DNA of 63,401 nt, filler included. It is 5 parts of 5 records of this genome, joined end to end, with 100 filler letters (N's around TTAATTAATTAA, not from the genome) between each part and the next. Parts side by side here need not be neighbours in the genome. Positions count along the whole stretch, not along the records: positions 1 to 15,317 come from SRR20825019_123; positions 15,418 to 36,383 come from SRR20825019_127; 3 more parts are not named here. The stretch is one strand, 5' to 3'. The position numbers were made by a program, and so were the translations under genes. Below are positions 10,281-19,297 of the stretch, piece after piece. The notes beneath the pieces were generated by a model that searched no databases, had not been told where the DNA came from, and was given only the letters and a program-made list of their open reading frames with translations. How positions within the stretch are numbered: the first letter of the stretch is position 1; each line of letters begins with the position of its first letter.

Positions 10281-11291
10281 ATGCGACACCTTGTTCTGGC
10301 CGGCGCATTGGCGCTGGCGACGCTGACAGGCGGCTTTGCCGAAACCGCGGTTGCGGCCGACGGCCCCGAACTGAAGATGCAGTTCGCCTCGCCCGATGGC
10401 ACGCCGTGGAACGATATGGATCGCCGGTTCGCGGCCCAAATCGAGGATATCACCGGCGGCACGGTCGAATTCTTCCCGCCCAACTCGGTGACCCCGTTCA
10501 AGGACTGGCTGCAGGCGACCGGCTCCGGCCTGCTCGATCTCGGCTTCGTCTGGCACCCGGTTCTTCCGGGCAAGTTCCCGCAGATGGATCTGCTGAGCCT
10601 GCCCGGCCTGGCGAAGAACCAGACGATCGCGACCGTCGTCTACTGGCGCCTGCGCGAGGAATATCCCGAACTCGGCGAATTGTTCACCGATCAGGACAAT
10701 GTCGTGGAGCTTGCGACCTTCGTGGCGATGGGCTCGCATCTCCATTCCGAGGATCCGATCCGCACGCTGGCCGATTTCAGGGGCAGGGTCTTCGGCGCGC
10801 AGGATCCGGCGGGCGTGAAGGTGCTTGAGGAACTCGGCGCCAGCGCGTCCGTCATGGTCGGTCCCGATGCCTATCTGGCGCTCCAGCGCGGCACGATCGA
10901 CGGCGTGCTCTGCGCCTGGGGCTGGGTCAACAATTTCAAACTCAACGAGGTGACCACCTATCACACCCTGCTCAATCTCAATCCCGGCACCTATACCTCG
11001 GTGATGAACAAGGATGTGTTCGACAGCCTGACGCCGGACCAGCAGACGGCGCTCACCGCCGTGGAGCCGCTCTATTTCTTCTACAACACCACCGACAGCG
11101 CCGCCCAGGCGATGGCCGACATTCCGGCCGAAAACATCTTCACGCTGTCGATCGAAGATCAGCAGGCGCTGACCGACAAGATGAAGCCGCAATGGAACGC
11201 ATGGGTTGAGAAAGCCGATCAACTGGGCTGGCCCGGACAGGACATCCTGGACGAAGCCCAGCGCCTGATGACGCTTTACGACCGGAACTGA
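10281..11291 (+). CDS. dctP: TRAP transporter substrate-binding protein (DctP family)
   Basis: GGAGG RBS, signal peptide, PIRTLADFRG, DAYLALQRGTIDG, VFDSLTPDQQ; directly upstream of a TRAP permease. Confidence 0.85.
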   Translation: MRHLVLAGALALATLTGGFAETAVAADGPELKMQFASPDGTPWNDMDRRFAAQIEDITGGTVEFFPPNSVTPFKDWLQATGSGLLDLGFVWHPVLPGKFPQMDLLSLPGLAKNQTIATVVYWRLREEYPELGELFTDQDNVVELATFVAMGSHLHSEDPIRTLADFRGRVFGAQDPAGVKVLEELGASASVMVGPDAYLALQRGTIDGVLCAWGWVNNFKLNEVTTYHTLLNLNPGTYTSVMNKDVFDSLTPDQQTALTAVEPLYFFYNTTDSAAQAMADIPAENIFTLSIEDQQALTDKMKPQWNAWVEKADQLGWPGQDILDEAQRLMTLYDRN

Positions 11292-11319
11292 CAGACGATC
11301 CGCGCCGGCAGCCCGTCCC

Positions 11320-13275
11320 ATGGGAATTGACATGACAAACGCCACGACGCCGATTGCCGGCGAGAACCGGGTCGCAAGCCTGCTCGACAGCACCGCTGAA
11401 GGCCTCAAAACAGCCCTGTTCTGGCCGGGCCGTCTGGCGATCGCGATCGGCGGCGTCGCCATCGTCGTGCTGATGGGGCTGACGGTCGCCGACGTCATCC
11501 TGCGCAACCTGTTTTCGATCGTGGTGCCCGGCGGGCTGGAACTCACCGGGCTGATGACCATCCTGGTCGTGCTGTCGACCGTCAGCGTGGTCGAGATCGA
11601 ACGCAATCACGTGCAGGTCGATCTCGTGCTGAACGCAATGCCCGACCATGCACGGCTGCCGACCATTGCCGGCGGCCTGATCCTCGCCTTTTCGACGATG
11701 CTGATCACCGCGACGGACGTTGCCCGGCAGGTATTGTATCTCAGCGACAACGGCATCGTCACCGGCGTGCTGGCGCTTCCCGAATGGCCGTTCGTGGCGG
11801 CGGCGGCCGTGTTCCTGTTTCTGTTTTCCATCGCCCTTCTCGCCAATCTTCTCGCGGCCCTTGCGCAGATCGCGGCAAAGCCGGATCCGCGTTCGCTGCT
11901 GATTCTGGCCTTATGGGTCGCGGCAGCGGCGGGTATCCTGTTCCTCTGCTTCTATCCCAGTCTCTCGCCCTTCGATTTCTCACGCAGCACAAGGGCGCTG
12001 CTGTCGATCGGGCTCTGCTTCGGGATGATCTTCCTCGGCGTTCATGTCGCCGCCGCCATGGGGCTGACGGCCCTTGTCGGCATCTCCGTGCTGATTGCGC
12101 CGGGGGCAAGCTTCACCAGCCTTGCCACCACCTCGATCTCGGTCGTCAGCGACCAGACCTGGAGCGTGGTGCCGCTGTTTACCTGGATGGGGCTGATCGT
12201 GGTCGCGTCCGGTTTTGCCTCGGAGCTTTACCGCTCCGCCAATCGCTGGATCGGGCATCTGCCGGGCGGGCTTGCATCGGCCAGCACGATCGCCTGCGCC
12301 GGGCTTTCCTCGATCGTCGGCGATACGCTCTCCGGCGTCTATTCCATGGGCGCGATCGCGCTGCCGGAAATGCGCGCCCACCGCTATGACATGAAGCTTG
12401 CCACCGCCTCGATCGCCTGCGCCGCCACGATCGGGGTGATGATCCCCCCAAGCCTCGCCTTCATCGTCTACGGCATGATCACCGAGGTCTCGATCGGCAA
12501 GCTGTTCATGGCGGGCATCCTGCCGGGCGTGCTGTTCGCGGTGATCCTGATCGGCTTCATCACCATCCGCGCGGCACTCCATCCCGAACTTGCCCCGCGC
12601 GGCGAAAAAAGCAGCTGGGGCGAACGTATAAGCTCGAGCCTGTCGACCTGGCCGATCCTGCTTTTGATCCTGCTCGTGCTCGGCGGCATCTATTCCGGCG
12701 CGGTCACGCCCAACGAGGCGGCAGGGCTCGGCGTGTTCGGCGCGCTTGCAATCGCCACGGCTATGGGCCGGATGAACCTGGAAAAATTCATCACGTCGAT
12801 CTCCGCGACGCTCCGGCTGACGGCCGGCATTATCGTGATCTTCATGTTCGCCGCCGCCTTCAGCCGGTTCATCGCGCTGTCCGGCCTGACCCAGCAGCTT
12901 GCCGATCTGGTGATCAGCCTCGATCTCGGCAAATACCAGATCATCGTCGCCATTCTGGCGTTCTATCTGGTGATCGGCATGTTCATGAACGCGCTGCCGG
13001 CGCTGGTGCTGACGGTACCGCTGTTCTTCCCGGTCGCCATGAATGCCGGCTTCGATCCCGTCTGGTTCGGGGTCGTGGTGGTGATCATGGTCGAGCTTGG
13101 CGTGGTCACGCCGCCGGTCGGCGTCAATGTGTTCGCGATCTCGGCGATCGCCCGCGATGTGCCGATGTATGACATCTTTCGCGGCGTTCTGCCGTTCTGG
13201 CTCGCCTATCTGGTGCTGATCGGCCTGATCGTCATCTTCCCGCAGATCAGCCTCTTCCTGCCATCCCTGATGTAG
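11320..13275 (+). CDS. TRAP transporter fused small+large permease (DctQ-DctM fusion); alternative start 11332
   Basis: N-terminal DctQ-like part (DVILRNLF, HVQVD) followed by DctM motifs (HLPGGL, IGVMIPPS, TPNEAAG, GFDPVWFG, TPPVGVN). Confidence 0.88.
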   Translation: MGIDMTNATTPIAGENRVASLLDSTAEGLKTALFWPGRLAIAIGGVAIVVLMGLTVADVILRNLFSIVVPGGLELTGLMTILVVLSTVSVVEIERNHVQVDLVLNAMPDHARLPTIAGGLILAFSTMLITATDVARQVLYLSDNGIVTGVLALPEWPFVAAAAVFLFLFSIALLANLLAALAQIAAKPDPRSLLILALWVAAAAGILFLCFYPSLSPFDFSRSTRALLSIGLCFGMIFLGVHVAAAMGLTALVGISVLIAPGASFTSLATTSISVVSDQTWSVVPLFTWMGLIVVASGFASELYRSANRWIGHLPGGLASASTIACAGLSSIVGDTLSGVYSMGAIALPEMRAHRYDMKLATASIACAATIGVMIPPSLAFIVYGMITEVSIGKLFMAGILPGVLFAVILIGFITIRAALHPELAPRGEKSSWGERISSSLSTWPILLLILLVLGGIYSGAVTPNEAAGLGVFGALAIATAMGRMNLEKFITSISATLRLTAGIIVIFMFAAAFSRFIALSGLTQQLADLVISLDLGKYQIIVAILAFYLVIGMFMNALPALVLTVPLFFPVAMNAGFDPVWFGVVVVIMVELGVVTPPVGVNVFAISAIARDVPMYDIFRGVLPFWLAYLVLIGLIVIFPQISLFLPSLM

Positions 13276-13299
13276 GACCGTTTCAACAGGAGTTTCACC

Positions 13300-14229
13300 A
13301 TGACCATCGATCTTGCCAACCGCGTCGCAATCGTCACGGGCGCCGGCGGCGGGCTTGGACGTCAACATGCGCTGGCGCTGGCAAAACGTGGCGCCAAGGT
13401 GGTCGTCAACGATCTCGGCGGCAATCTCGACGGCACCGGCGGCTCCTCGGCTGCGGCCGAAGGCGTGGTCGCGCAAATCCGCGAGGCCGGCGGCGAGGCT
13501 TTCGCCAGCGGCGCCTCGGTGACCGATTACGCCGCCGTGACTGCCATGGTGGCCGAGGCGACCGAGCGCTGGGGCGGCGTCGATATCCTCGTCGCCAATG
13601 CCGGCATCCTGCGCGACAAATCCTTCGCCAAGATGGAAATCGAAGATTTCAGGGCGGTGTTCGACGTTCATGTCATGGGCTCGGTCAATTGCGCCAAGGC
13701 GGTGTGGGACGGCATGCGCCAGCGCGGCCATGGCCGCATCGTCTTCACCACCTCCTCCAGCGGCCTGTTCGGCAATTTCGGCCAGGCGAATTACGGCGCG
13801 GCCAAGATGGCGCTGGTCGGGTTGATGACCACGCTGGCGCTCGAAGGCGAGAAATACGACATCAGGGTCAATTGCCTGGCGCCTTCCGCCGGCACCCGCA
13901 TGCTGGAAGGCCTCGTTCCCGACGAGCAGCTCAAGGCGCTTGCGCCCGAGTTTGTCAGTCCGGCCGTCGTCGCGCTCGCGGCCAAGGACGCCCCGACCAG
14001 AACGGTGATCTGCGCCGGCGCGGGCAGTTTCGAGACAGCCCGCATCCTGATGAGCCGCGGCATTCATATCGGCGCGGCCGACGATGCAGCCGAACAGGTG
14101 CTCGCCGCCATGGACAAGCTCAAGAACATGGATGATTTCATCGATCCCCCGAGCGGCTTCGCCCAGCCGCAACACGAACTTGCCTTGGCCGGCTTCAACA
14201 GCGAGGCCGGCTTCAACAGCGAGGATTGA
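13300..14229 (+). CDS. SDR oxidoreductase, MFE-2/3-hydroxyacyl-CoA dehydrogenase-like
   Basis: TGAGGGLG, VVVNDLGG, NAGILRDKSF, SSSGLFGNFGQANYGAAK. Confidence 0.88.
   Translation: MTIDLANRVAIVTGAGGGLGRQHALALAKRGAKVVVNDLGGNLDGTGGSSAAAEGVVAQIREAGGEAFASGASVTDYAAVTAMVAEATERWGGVDILVANAGILRDKSFAKMEIEDFRAVFDVHVMGSVNCAKAVWDGMRQRGHGRIVFTTSSSGLFGNFGQANYGAAKMALVGLMTTLALEGEKYDIRVNCLAPSAGTRMLEGLVPDEQLKALAPEFVSPAVVALAAKDAPTRTVICAGAGSFETARILMSRGIHIGAADDAAEQVLAAMDKLKNMDDFIDPPSGFAQPQHELALAGFNSEAGFNSED
14188..14223 (+). repeat. In-frame 18-bp tandem duplication at the SDR C-terminus
   Basis: GCCGGCTTCAACAGCGAG x2, encoding AGFNSE-AGFNSE. Confidence 0.9.
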
Positions 14230-14232
14230 ACA

Positions 14233-15317
14233 ATGCGCGATGCCGTGATCGTTTCCACCGCGCGCACCCCGATCGGCAAGGCCTATCGCGGCGCGTTCAA
14301 CATCACCCCGGCCCCGACCCTTGCCGCCCATGCCATCCGCGCCGCAATCGAGCGCGCCGGACTTGAAGGCGGCGAGATCGACGACAGCGTGTTCGGCGCG
14401 GCGCTGCCGCAGGGCTATCAGCACATGATCGGCCGCACCGCGCCGATGCGCGCCGGTCTGCCGCAGACGGTTGCCGGCATGACCATCGACCGGCAGTGCT
14501 CCTCCGGCCTGATGGCGATCGCAACCGCGTCCAAACAGGTCACCGTCGACCGCATGGACATCGTGCTGGCAGGCGGCGTGGAGTCGATATCGACAGTGCA
14601 GACCGAGGCGTTGCGCGTCGATGAGGATGCGGCGCTGCTGGCGCTCCACGACGACATGTTCATGCCGATGATCGATACCGCCGAGGTGGTCGCCGCCCGT
14701 TATGGCATTGCGCGCGAAGCACAGGATGCCTATGCGCTGCAATCCCAGCAACGCACCGCGAAAGCCCAGCAAGCCGGCCGTTTCGACGACGAGATCATCC
14801 CGGTCGCCGCCACGATGCGGGTCACCGACAAGGCGACGGGCGAGACATCCGAGTGTGAGATCATCCTTCAGCGCGACGAAGGCAACCGACCGGAAACCAC
14901 GGCAGAGGGTCTTGCCGGTCTTCGGGCCGTGCGCGACGGCGGCGTGATCTCAGCAGGCAATGCCAGCCAGTTGTCCGACGGCGCGTCGGCTGTGATCGTG
15001 ATGGAGGCGGGGCTTGCCGAGCGCCGCGGCCTTGCCCCGCTCGGCCGCTATGTCGGCATGGCGGTTGCCGGCACCAGACCGGACGAGATGGGCATCGGCC
15101 CGGTATTCGCAGTGCCGAAACTGCTGGAACGCTTCGGCCTCGGCATCGATGATATCGGGCTCTGGGAACTGAACGAGGCGTTCGCGGTGCAGGTGCTCTA
15201 TTGCCGCGACCGGCTCGGCATTGCCGACGACATCCTGAACGTCGACGGCGGCGCGATCTCGATCGGCCATCCATACGGCATGTCCGGCGCGCGCATGGTC
15301 GGCCATGCGCTGATCGA
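14233..15317 (+). CDS. Acetyl-CoA C-acyltransferase (thiolase), truncated by contig end
   Basis: [16 protein letters not shown] (catalytic Cys), [27 protein letters not shown]. Confidence 0.92.
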
Positions 15318-15417
15318 NNNNNNNNNNNNNNNNNNNNNNNNNNNNNNNNNNNNNNNNNNNNTTAATTAATTAANNNNNNNNNNNNNNNNNNNNNNNNNNN
15401 NNNNNNNNNNNNNNNNN
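15318..15417. other. Artificial contig spacer
   Basis: N44-TTAATTAATTAA-N44; stops in all six frames; flanking genes are cut. Confidence 0.98.
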
Positions 15418-15807
15418 CTGCAATTCCTCGCCCCGCATGACATCGGCGTGGCCGTCGGGCCGGCGATAGATCGCTCCTGGCAGCAGCATGACAGGGCTGG
15501 CCTCTGCACGAAGGCGCGCCGCATGGCCAATCAGGCTGTCGAGCCCCAACGGGCATTCGGCATAGGCGACTTCCTGCCATCCGCCACGGGCGCCAACCAT
15601 GCCTGAGAGCACAAAAGGCAGCGCATGGTCACGGGCCAGCCATGATGCGCAGGCCGAACGCAGTGCCCCAGGGAAGTCCCGGCCGGTGACGGATTTGAGG
15701 CCAACATCCGTCACAATCTTGTCAATGACCTCCCCCTCCGACCCAAGGAGCCAGGCGGTCAATCCTTTCCCGCCCCAGGCCCCCGCCGCAAATAGCGCTT
15801 CTGTCAT
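15418..15807 (-). CDS. 2-dehydro-3-deoxygalactonokinase (DgoK) family protein, truncated by contig end
   Basis: SGMVGARGGWQEVAYAECP and ADVMRGEELQ match DgoK motifs. The N-terminal DWGT motif appears as AWGG. Confidence 0.75.
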
Positions 15808-15833
15808 TCGATCCCCCGCCTGTCGATTTGCAG

Positions 15834-15861
15834 TTGACAGGTTAGGGTGTTCGACAATAAT
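15834..15861 (+). promoter_or_regulatory. Putative sigma70 promoter for the operon starting at 15902
   Basis: TTGACA (15834-15839), 16-nt spacer, AATAAT (15856-15861). Confidence 0.5.
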
Positions 15862-15862
15862 T

Positions 15863-15900
15863 TTCAATTATGAATATACAGTCTCATATATAGGGAATTA
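15863..15900 (+). promoter_or_regulatory. Conserved 38-bp operator-like element, copy 1
   Basis: TTCAATTATGAATATACAGTCTCATATATAGGGAATTA; 33/38 identical to 26812-26849. Confidence 0.75.
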
Positions 15901-15901
15901 G

Positions 15902-16798
15902 ATGAGTTTGGGGCGGATAGAAGGCGTGTTACCGGTGGTGCCCACCCCTTTCACTGCTGAGGGAGGGATTGATCTCGGTTCGCTGGAGCGCGTGGTGGAC
16001 GACGCCGTTGCGCAACGCGCAGCCGCTTTGGTCTATCCCGGCGTTGCCAGCGAGGATGTCCTGCTGACTCCGGACGAGCGGGAGGCCTGCCTCGCCACGG
16101 TACTCGCAGCTGTCGACGGGCGAATTCCTGTGGTCGCAGGCGTCAATGCCGACCGGCCCGAGGGCATGGTGGATTATGCCGCCGACTTGGCACAGAAGGG
16201 CGTCAGCGCCGTGATGGCCATGGCCATTCCCGCAATGGGCGGCGACACGGTTCTCTGGTTTGAACGGCTATCGGCGGCGTTGGCCGGTAAGCCGATCATT
16301 TTGCAAAATCTTGGCGCGCCACGAGGCGCCGACCTGTCTCCGAGGCAAATGCGCCAGCTGGCCGCAGCGGTGCCCGCGATCCGTTATGTCAAGGAAGAGA
16401 CCATTCCTTCGGGGCAGCGCGTCTCCGCGCTGGTCGAGGGCATTGGCTCCGAATTCGATGCGGTCATTGGCGGCGGCGGCGCCCGGTTCGTCTTCGAGGA
16501 ACTCGATCGTGGCGCGACAGCGACCATGCCCGCAATTGAACTACTGGACCTGCATGTCGAACTGGTCAGTGCCTTCATGGCGGGCGAGCGCGAGCGTGCC
16601 ATGGACCTCTACGAGGCCTCAATGCCACTCTTGCTGCTGCAGGCGTCTTTCCGGATGCGCCTTACCAAGCTGATCCTCATGGAGCGCGGGCTGATCGCCA
16701 GCGATGTGGTCCGGGAGAAATTGCCCGAACTTGACGCCAGCCACAGGCGCCTCATCCTCGAATTCTATGCACGCGCCAGGAGGAGGGCCGGGCTATGA
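15902..16798 (+). CDS. DHDPS/NAL (DapA-like) family protein, L-KDA-dehydratase-like subgroup
   Basis: GVLPVVPTPF, GVASE, PIILQN (Gln at the usual Tyr position), RYVKEE (Schiff-base Lys). Confidence 0.8.
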   Translation: MSLGRIEGVLPVVPTPFTAEGGIDLGSLERVVDDAVAQRAAALVYPGVASEDVLLTPDEREACLATVLAAVDGRIPVVAGVNADRPEGMVDYAADLAQKGVSAVMAMAIPAMGGDTVLWFERLSAALAGKPIILQNLGAPRGADLSPRQMRQLAAAVPAIRYVKEETIPSGQRVSALVEGIGSEFDAVIGGGGARFVFEELDRGATATMPAIELLDLHVELVSAFMAGERERAMDLYEASMPLLLLQASFRMRLTKLILMERGLIASDVVREKLPELDASHRRLILEFYARARRRAGL

Positions 16799-17961
16799 CC
16801 ATTGCGATCGAAAAGGTTGAAGTCTTTTTCTTCGAACGGCCGCGCACCACGCCCTATCTTGGCGCCGATGCAGGTGAGTTCGCCATCGGCGACCGCTATA
16901 TCGTGCGCGCGTTCAACGGCACGGTCTATCCGCTTACCGACCGCTCGATCGTCGTTCGGGTCACCGACAGGCACGGGGCAGTCGGTTGGGGTGAGACCTA
17001 TGGCCTGATTGCACCTAAAGCGGTCGCGGCCATCATCGAAGACCTGATGGCGCCCTATCTGACCCAGCGCCAGTTCGACAGCCCGGAGGCGACCTGGGAC
17101 GGGCTCTATGAATTGCAGCGCAATCGCGGTTATTGGGGCGGTTATCTTGCCGACGCGCTGGCGGCGCTGGACACTGCCATCTGGGACATGCATGCCCGCT
17201 CGAAGGGCCAGAGCCTGCAGGCGGCCATGGGCAAGGGCGGCAGCGGCCGGCTGGCGGGATATGTTTCTGGTATCCCTGCGCCCAGCAAACAGGCCCGCCT
17301 CGATATGGTGCGCGAATGGAAAGCCAAAGGGTTCAACAGCGTCAAATTGCCAATCGGTCATACCGACAAGGGCGATGTGGTTGGGGAAATGGAATTTCTG
17401 CGGGCCGGACTGGGCGATAAACACGAGATTTCAGTCGATCTGCATTGGACCCTGACCGCGCAGCAGGCCCTGGATTTGGGCGAGGCGCTCGGGCCTGTCC
17501 GCCCATGGTTCCTCGAAGCACCAACAATCCCGGAGGATATCGAGGCACAACGGACCATTGCGAAAGGCCTGTCCTGTCCGCTGGCGATCGGCGAGGAGTG
17601 GCGAACCGAATGGGACTACCGTCCGCGGCTCGACTGCTGCCAGATCATCCAGCCGGAAATGGGTCACACGGGCGTCACCCAGTTCAGTCGGCTGGCCCGG
17701 ATGGCCCATGCGCAGGGTGCATCGATCCTGCCCCATGCCACCATCGGGCTCGGCATTTTCGCCTCGGCCAGTCTTCGGGCGTCGCTGGCCGTGGGCGCCA
17801 GCGGACATGAGTTTCAACACACCATCTACACACGCAATGCCGAGCTTCTCGAAGGAGCCGCCCCAGTGATGGACGGATATTTCGAGGTGCCGGACACACC
17901 GGGACACGGTGTGACACCCAATGGCGAAGCGATGAAATATCTAACCGCGCTGAGCCTTTAG
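16795..17961 (+). CDS. Mandelate racemase/muconate lactonizing (enolase superfamily) enzyme, probable acid-sugar dehydratase
   Basis: VGWGETY, ALDTAIWD, metal ligands SVDLHW / FLEAP / AIGEE, PHATIG, VPDTPGHG. Confidence 0.85.
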   Translation: MTIAIEKVEVFFFERPRTTPYLGADAGEFAIGDRYIVRAFNGTVYPLTDRSIVVRVTDRHGAVGWGETYGLIAPKAVAAIIEDLMAPYLTQRQFDSPEATWDGLYELQRNRGYWGGYLADALAALDTAIWDMHARSKGQSLQAAMGKGGSGRLAGYVSGIPAPSKQARLDMVREWKAKGFNSVKLPIGHTDKGDVVGEMEFLRAGLGDKHEISVDLHWTLTAQQALDLGEALGPVRPWFLEAPTIPEDIEAQRTIAKGLSCPLAIGEEWRTEWDYRPRLDCCQIIQPEMGHTGVTQFSRLARMAHAQGASILPHATIGLGIFASASLRASLAVGASGHEFQHTIYTRNAELLEGAAPVMDGYFEVPDTPGHGVTPNGEAMKYLTALSL

Positions 17962-17985
17962 CTGAATTTAAAGGGAGGAAACCAA

Positions 17986-19239
17986 ATGACTACACTCAAA
18001 ACTCTACTGCTGGGCACCTGCGCCGGCCTTGCGCTGGCAGGTCCGGTTGCTGCCGAAACGCTCACCTTTGTCAGCTGGATGAAGGGCGATCCGGGTTATG
18101 GCGACTGGTGGCAGGAGGTCATCACCGAATTCGAGAGCACTCATCCTGGCGATACCATCGAGTGGACCAAGGTTGCACGCTCCGACTTCGCCCAGACCAT
18201 GTTCACCATGTTCGCCGGCGACAATCCGCCCGACATCGTTCACCTGGCCTCCTTCGAATATGCCCCTTTCGCCAATGAGGGCTGGCTGGAGGACCTCGAC
18301 CCATGGATCGAGCAGTCCGGCCTCGATATGACGAACTGGTCCGGACAGCCGACCTGCGAGTGGGACGGCACGACCGTGTGCATGATGATGCTCTATACCG
18401 GCTATGTGATGGCCTACAACGAAGCCATGCTGGCAGAAGAGGGCATCACGTCCGCCCCGACCAGCTGGGAGGAATATCTTGAAGCGGCTCGCGCGACCAC
18501 CAAGGATGTGGACGGCGACGGGGTCATGGATACATATGGTGTCGGCATTCCCCTCAAGGACGCCGCCGGCATGATGTATGCAACCCAGGGCTTCGTGCTC
18601 GATGCTGGCGGCTCCTATACGACGGACGGCCTGCCCAGCTTCAACTCTCCAGGCGTGATCGAAGGCCTGCGCCGGCTCAAGCAGCTCTACGATGAAAAGC
18701 TGATCCCGGCTGACCAGACGTCGGGCGAAATTCGGCAGCTGTTCATCGAAGGCAAGATCGGCATGACCGTTGACGGGCCCTGGATCTACAACACCATGAA
18801 GACGGCAACGCCGGAAATGCAGGAGGTGCTCAAGCTCGCCATGCCGCCCACGCAGCCCCCGGTCGGTGGTACCTCCAACGTGGTCACCATGCCATCGGAC
18901 CTGTCTGACGAGAAAAAGCAGCTGGTGTGGGACTTCATCGAGATCGCCTCATCCGAACCTTTCCAGAAGCGCTTTGCCGAGCTTGGCTCGTCTCCGGCGC
19001 CACGCCCGGGCATCGACTACTCCGACCTCATCGCCGAGGAACCTTATTTTTCTCTCTTCATCGAGAGCAATGAAGCGGCCTCGGCCGCAGGCATCGACCG
19101 CCTGCCCAAAGGGCTGGAACTGCAGTTCAACGAAGTGCAGAGGATCTTCTTCGATGAAGCACAACGCATGCTGATCGAGGGCCGTTCGCCCGAAGAAACC
19201 GCTGCGGCCATGCAGAGCGCCGTTGAGCGCACGCTCTAG
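17986..19239 (+). CDS. Carbohydrate ABC transporter substrate-binding protein
   Basis: GGAGG RBS, signal peptide, PPDIV, LEDLDPWI, APTSWEEY, FIEGKIGMTVDGPW. Confidence 0.9.
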   Translation: MTTLKTLLLGTCAGLALAGPVAAETLTFVSWMKGDPGYGDWWQEVITEFESTHPGDTIEWTKVARSDFAQTMFTMFAGDNPPDIVHLASFEYAPFANEGWLEDLDPWIEQSGLDMTNWSGQPTCEWDGTTVCMMMLYTGYVMAYNEAMLAEEGITSAPTSWEEYLEAARATTKDVDGDGVMDTYGVGIPLKDAAGMMYATQGFVLDAGGSYTTDGLPSFNSPGVIEGLRRLKQLYDEKLIPADQTSGEIRQLFIEGKIGMTVDGPWIYNTMKTATPEMQEVLKLAMPPTQPPVGGTSNVVTMPSDLSDEKKQLVWDFIEIASSEPFQKRFAELGSSPAPRPGIDYSDLIAEEPYFSLFIESNEAASAAGIDRLPKGLELQFNEVQRIFFDEAQRMLIEGRSPEETAAAMQSAVERTL

Positions 19240-19256
19240 TTCGGCCCATTAAGCCT

Positions 19257-19283
19257 GTTGCGCGGGCCAGCGGCCCGCGCAAC
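19257..19283 (+). other. 12-bp perfect stem-loop between the binding-protein and permease genes (probable mRNA stabiliser)
   Basis: GTTGCGCGGGCC-AGC-GGCCCGCGCAAC, no U tract. Confidence 0.65.
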
Positions 19284-19297
19284 CTCCGGGGAGGATA

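Noticed and set aside
9957-11606. 549-aa minus-strand ORF
   Set aside because: It is a shadow of dctP and the start of the permease.
11980-14772. 930-aa minus-strand ORF
   Set aside because: It is an antisense shadow of the TRAP permease, SDR and thiolase in high-GC DNA, with no recognisable motifs.
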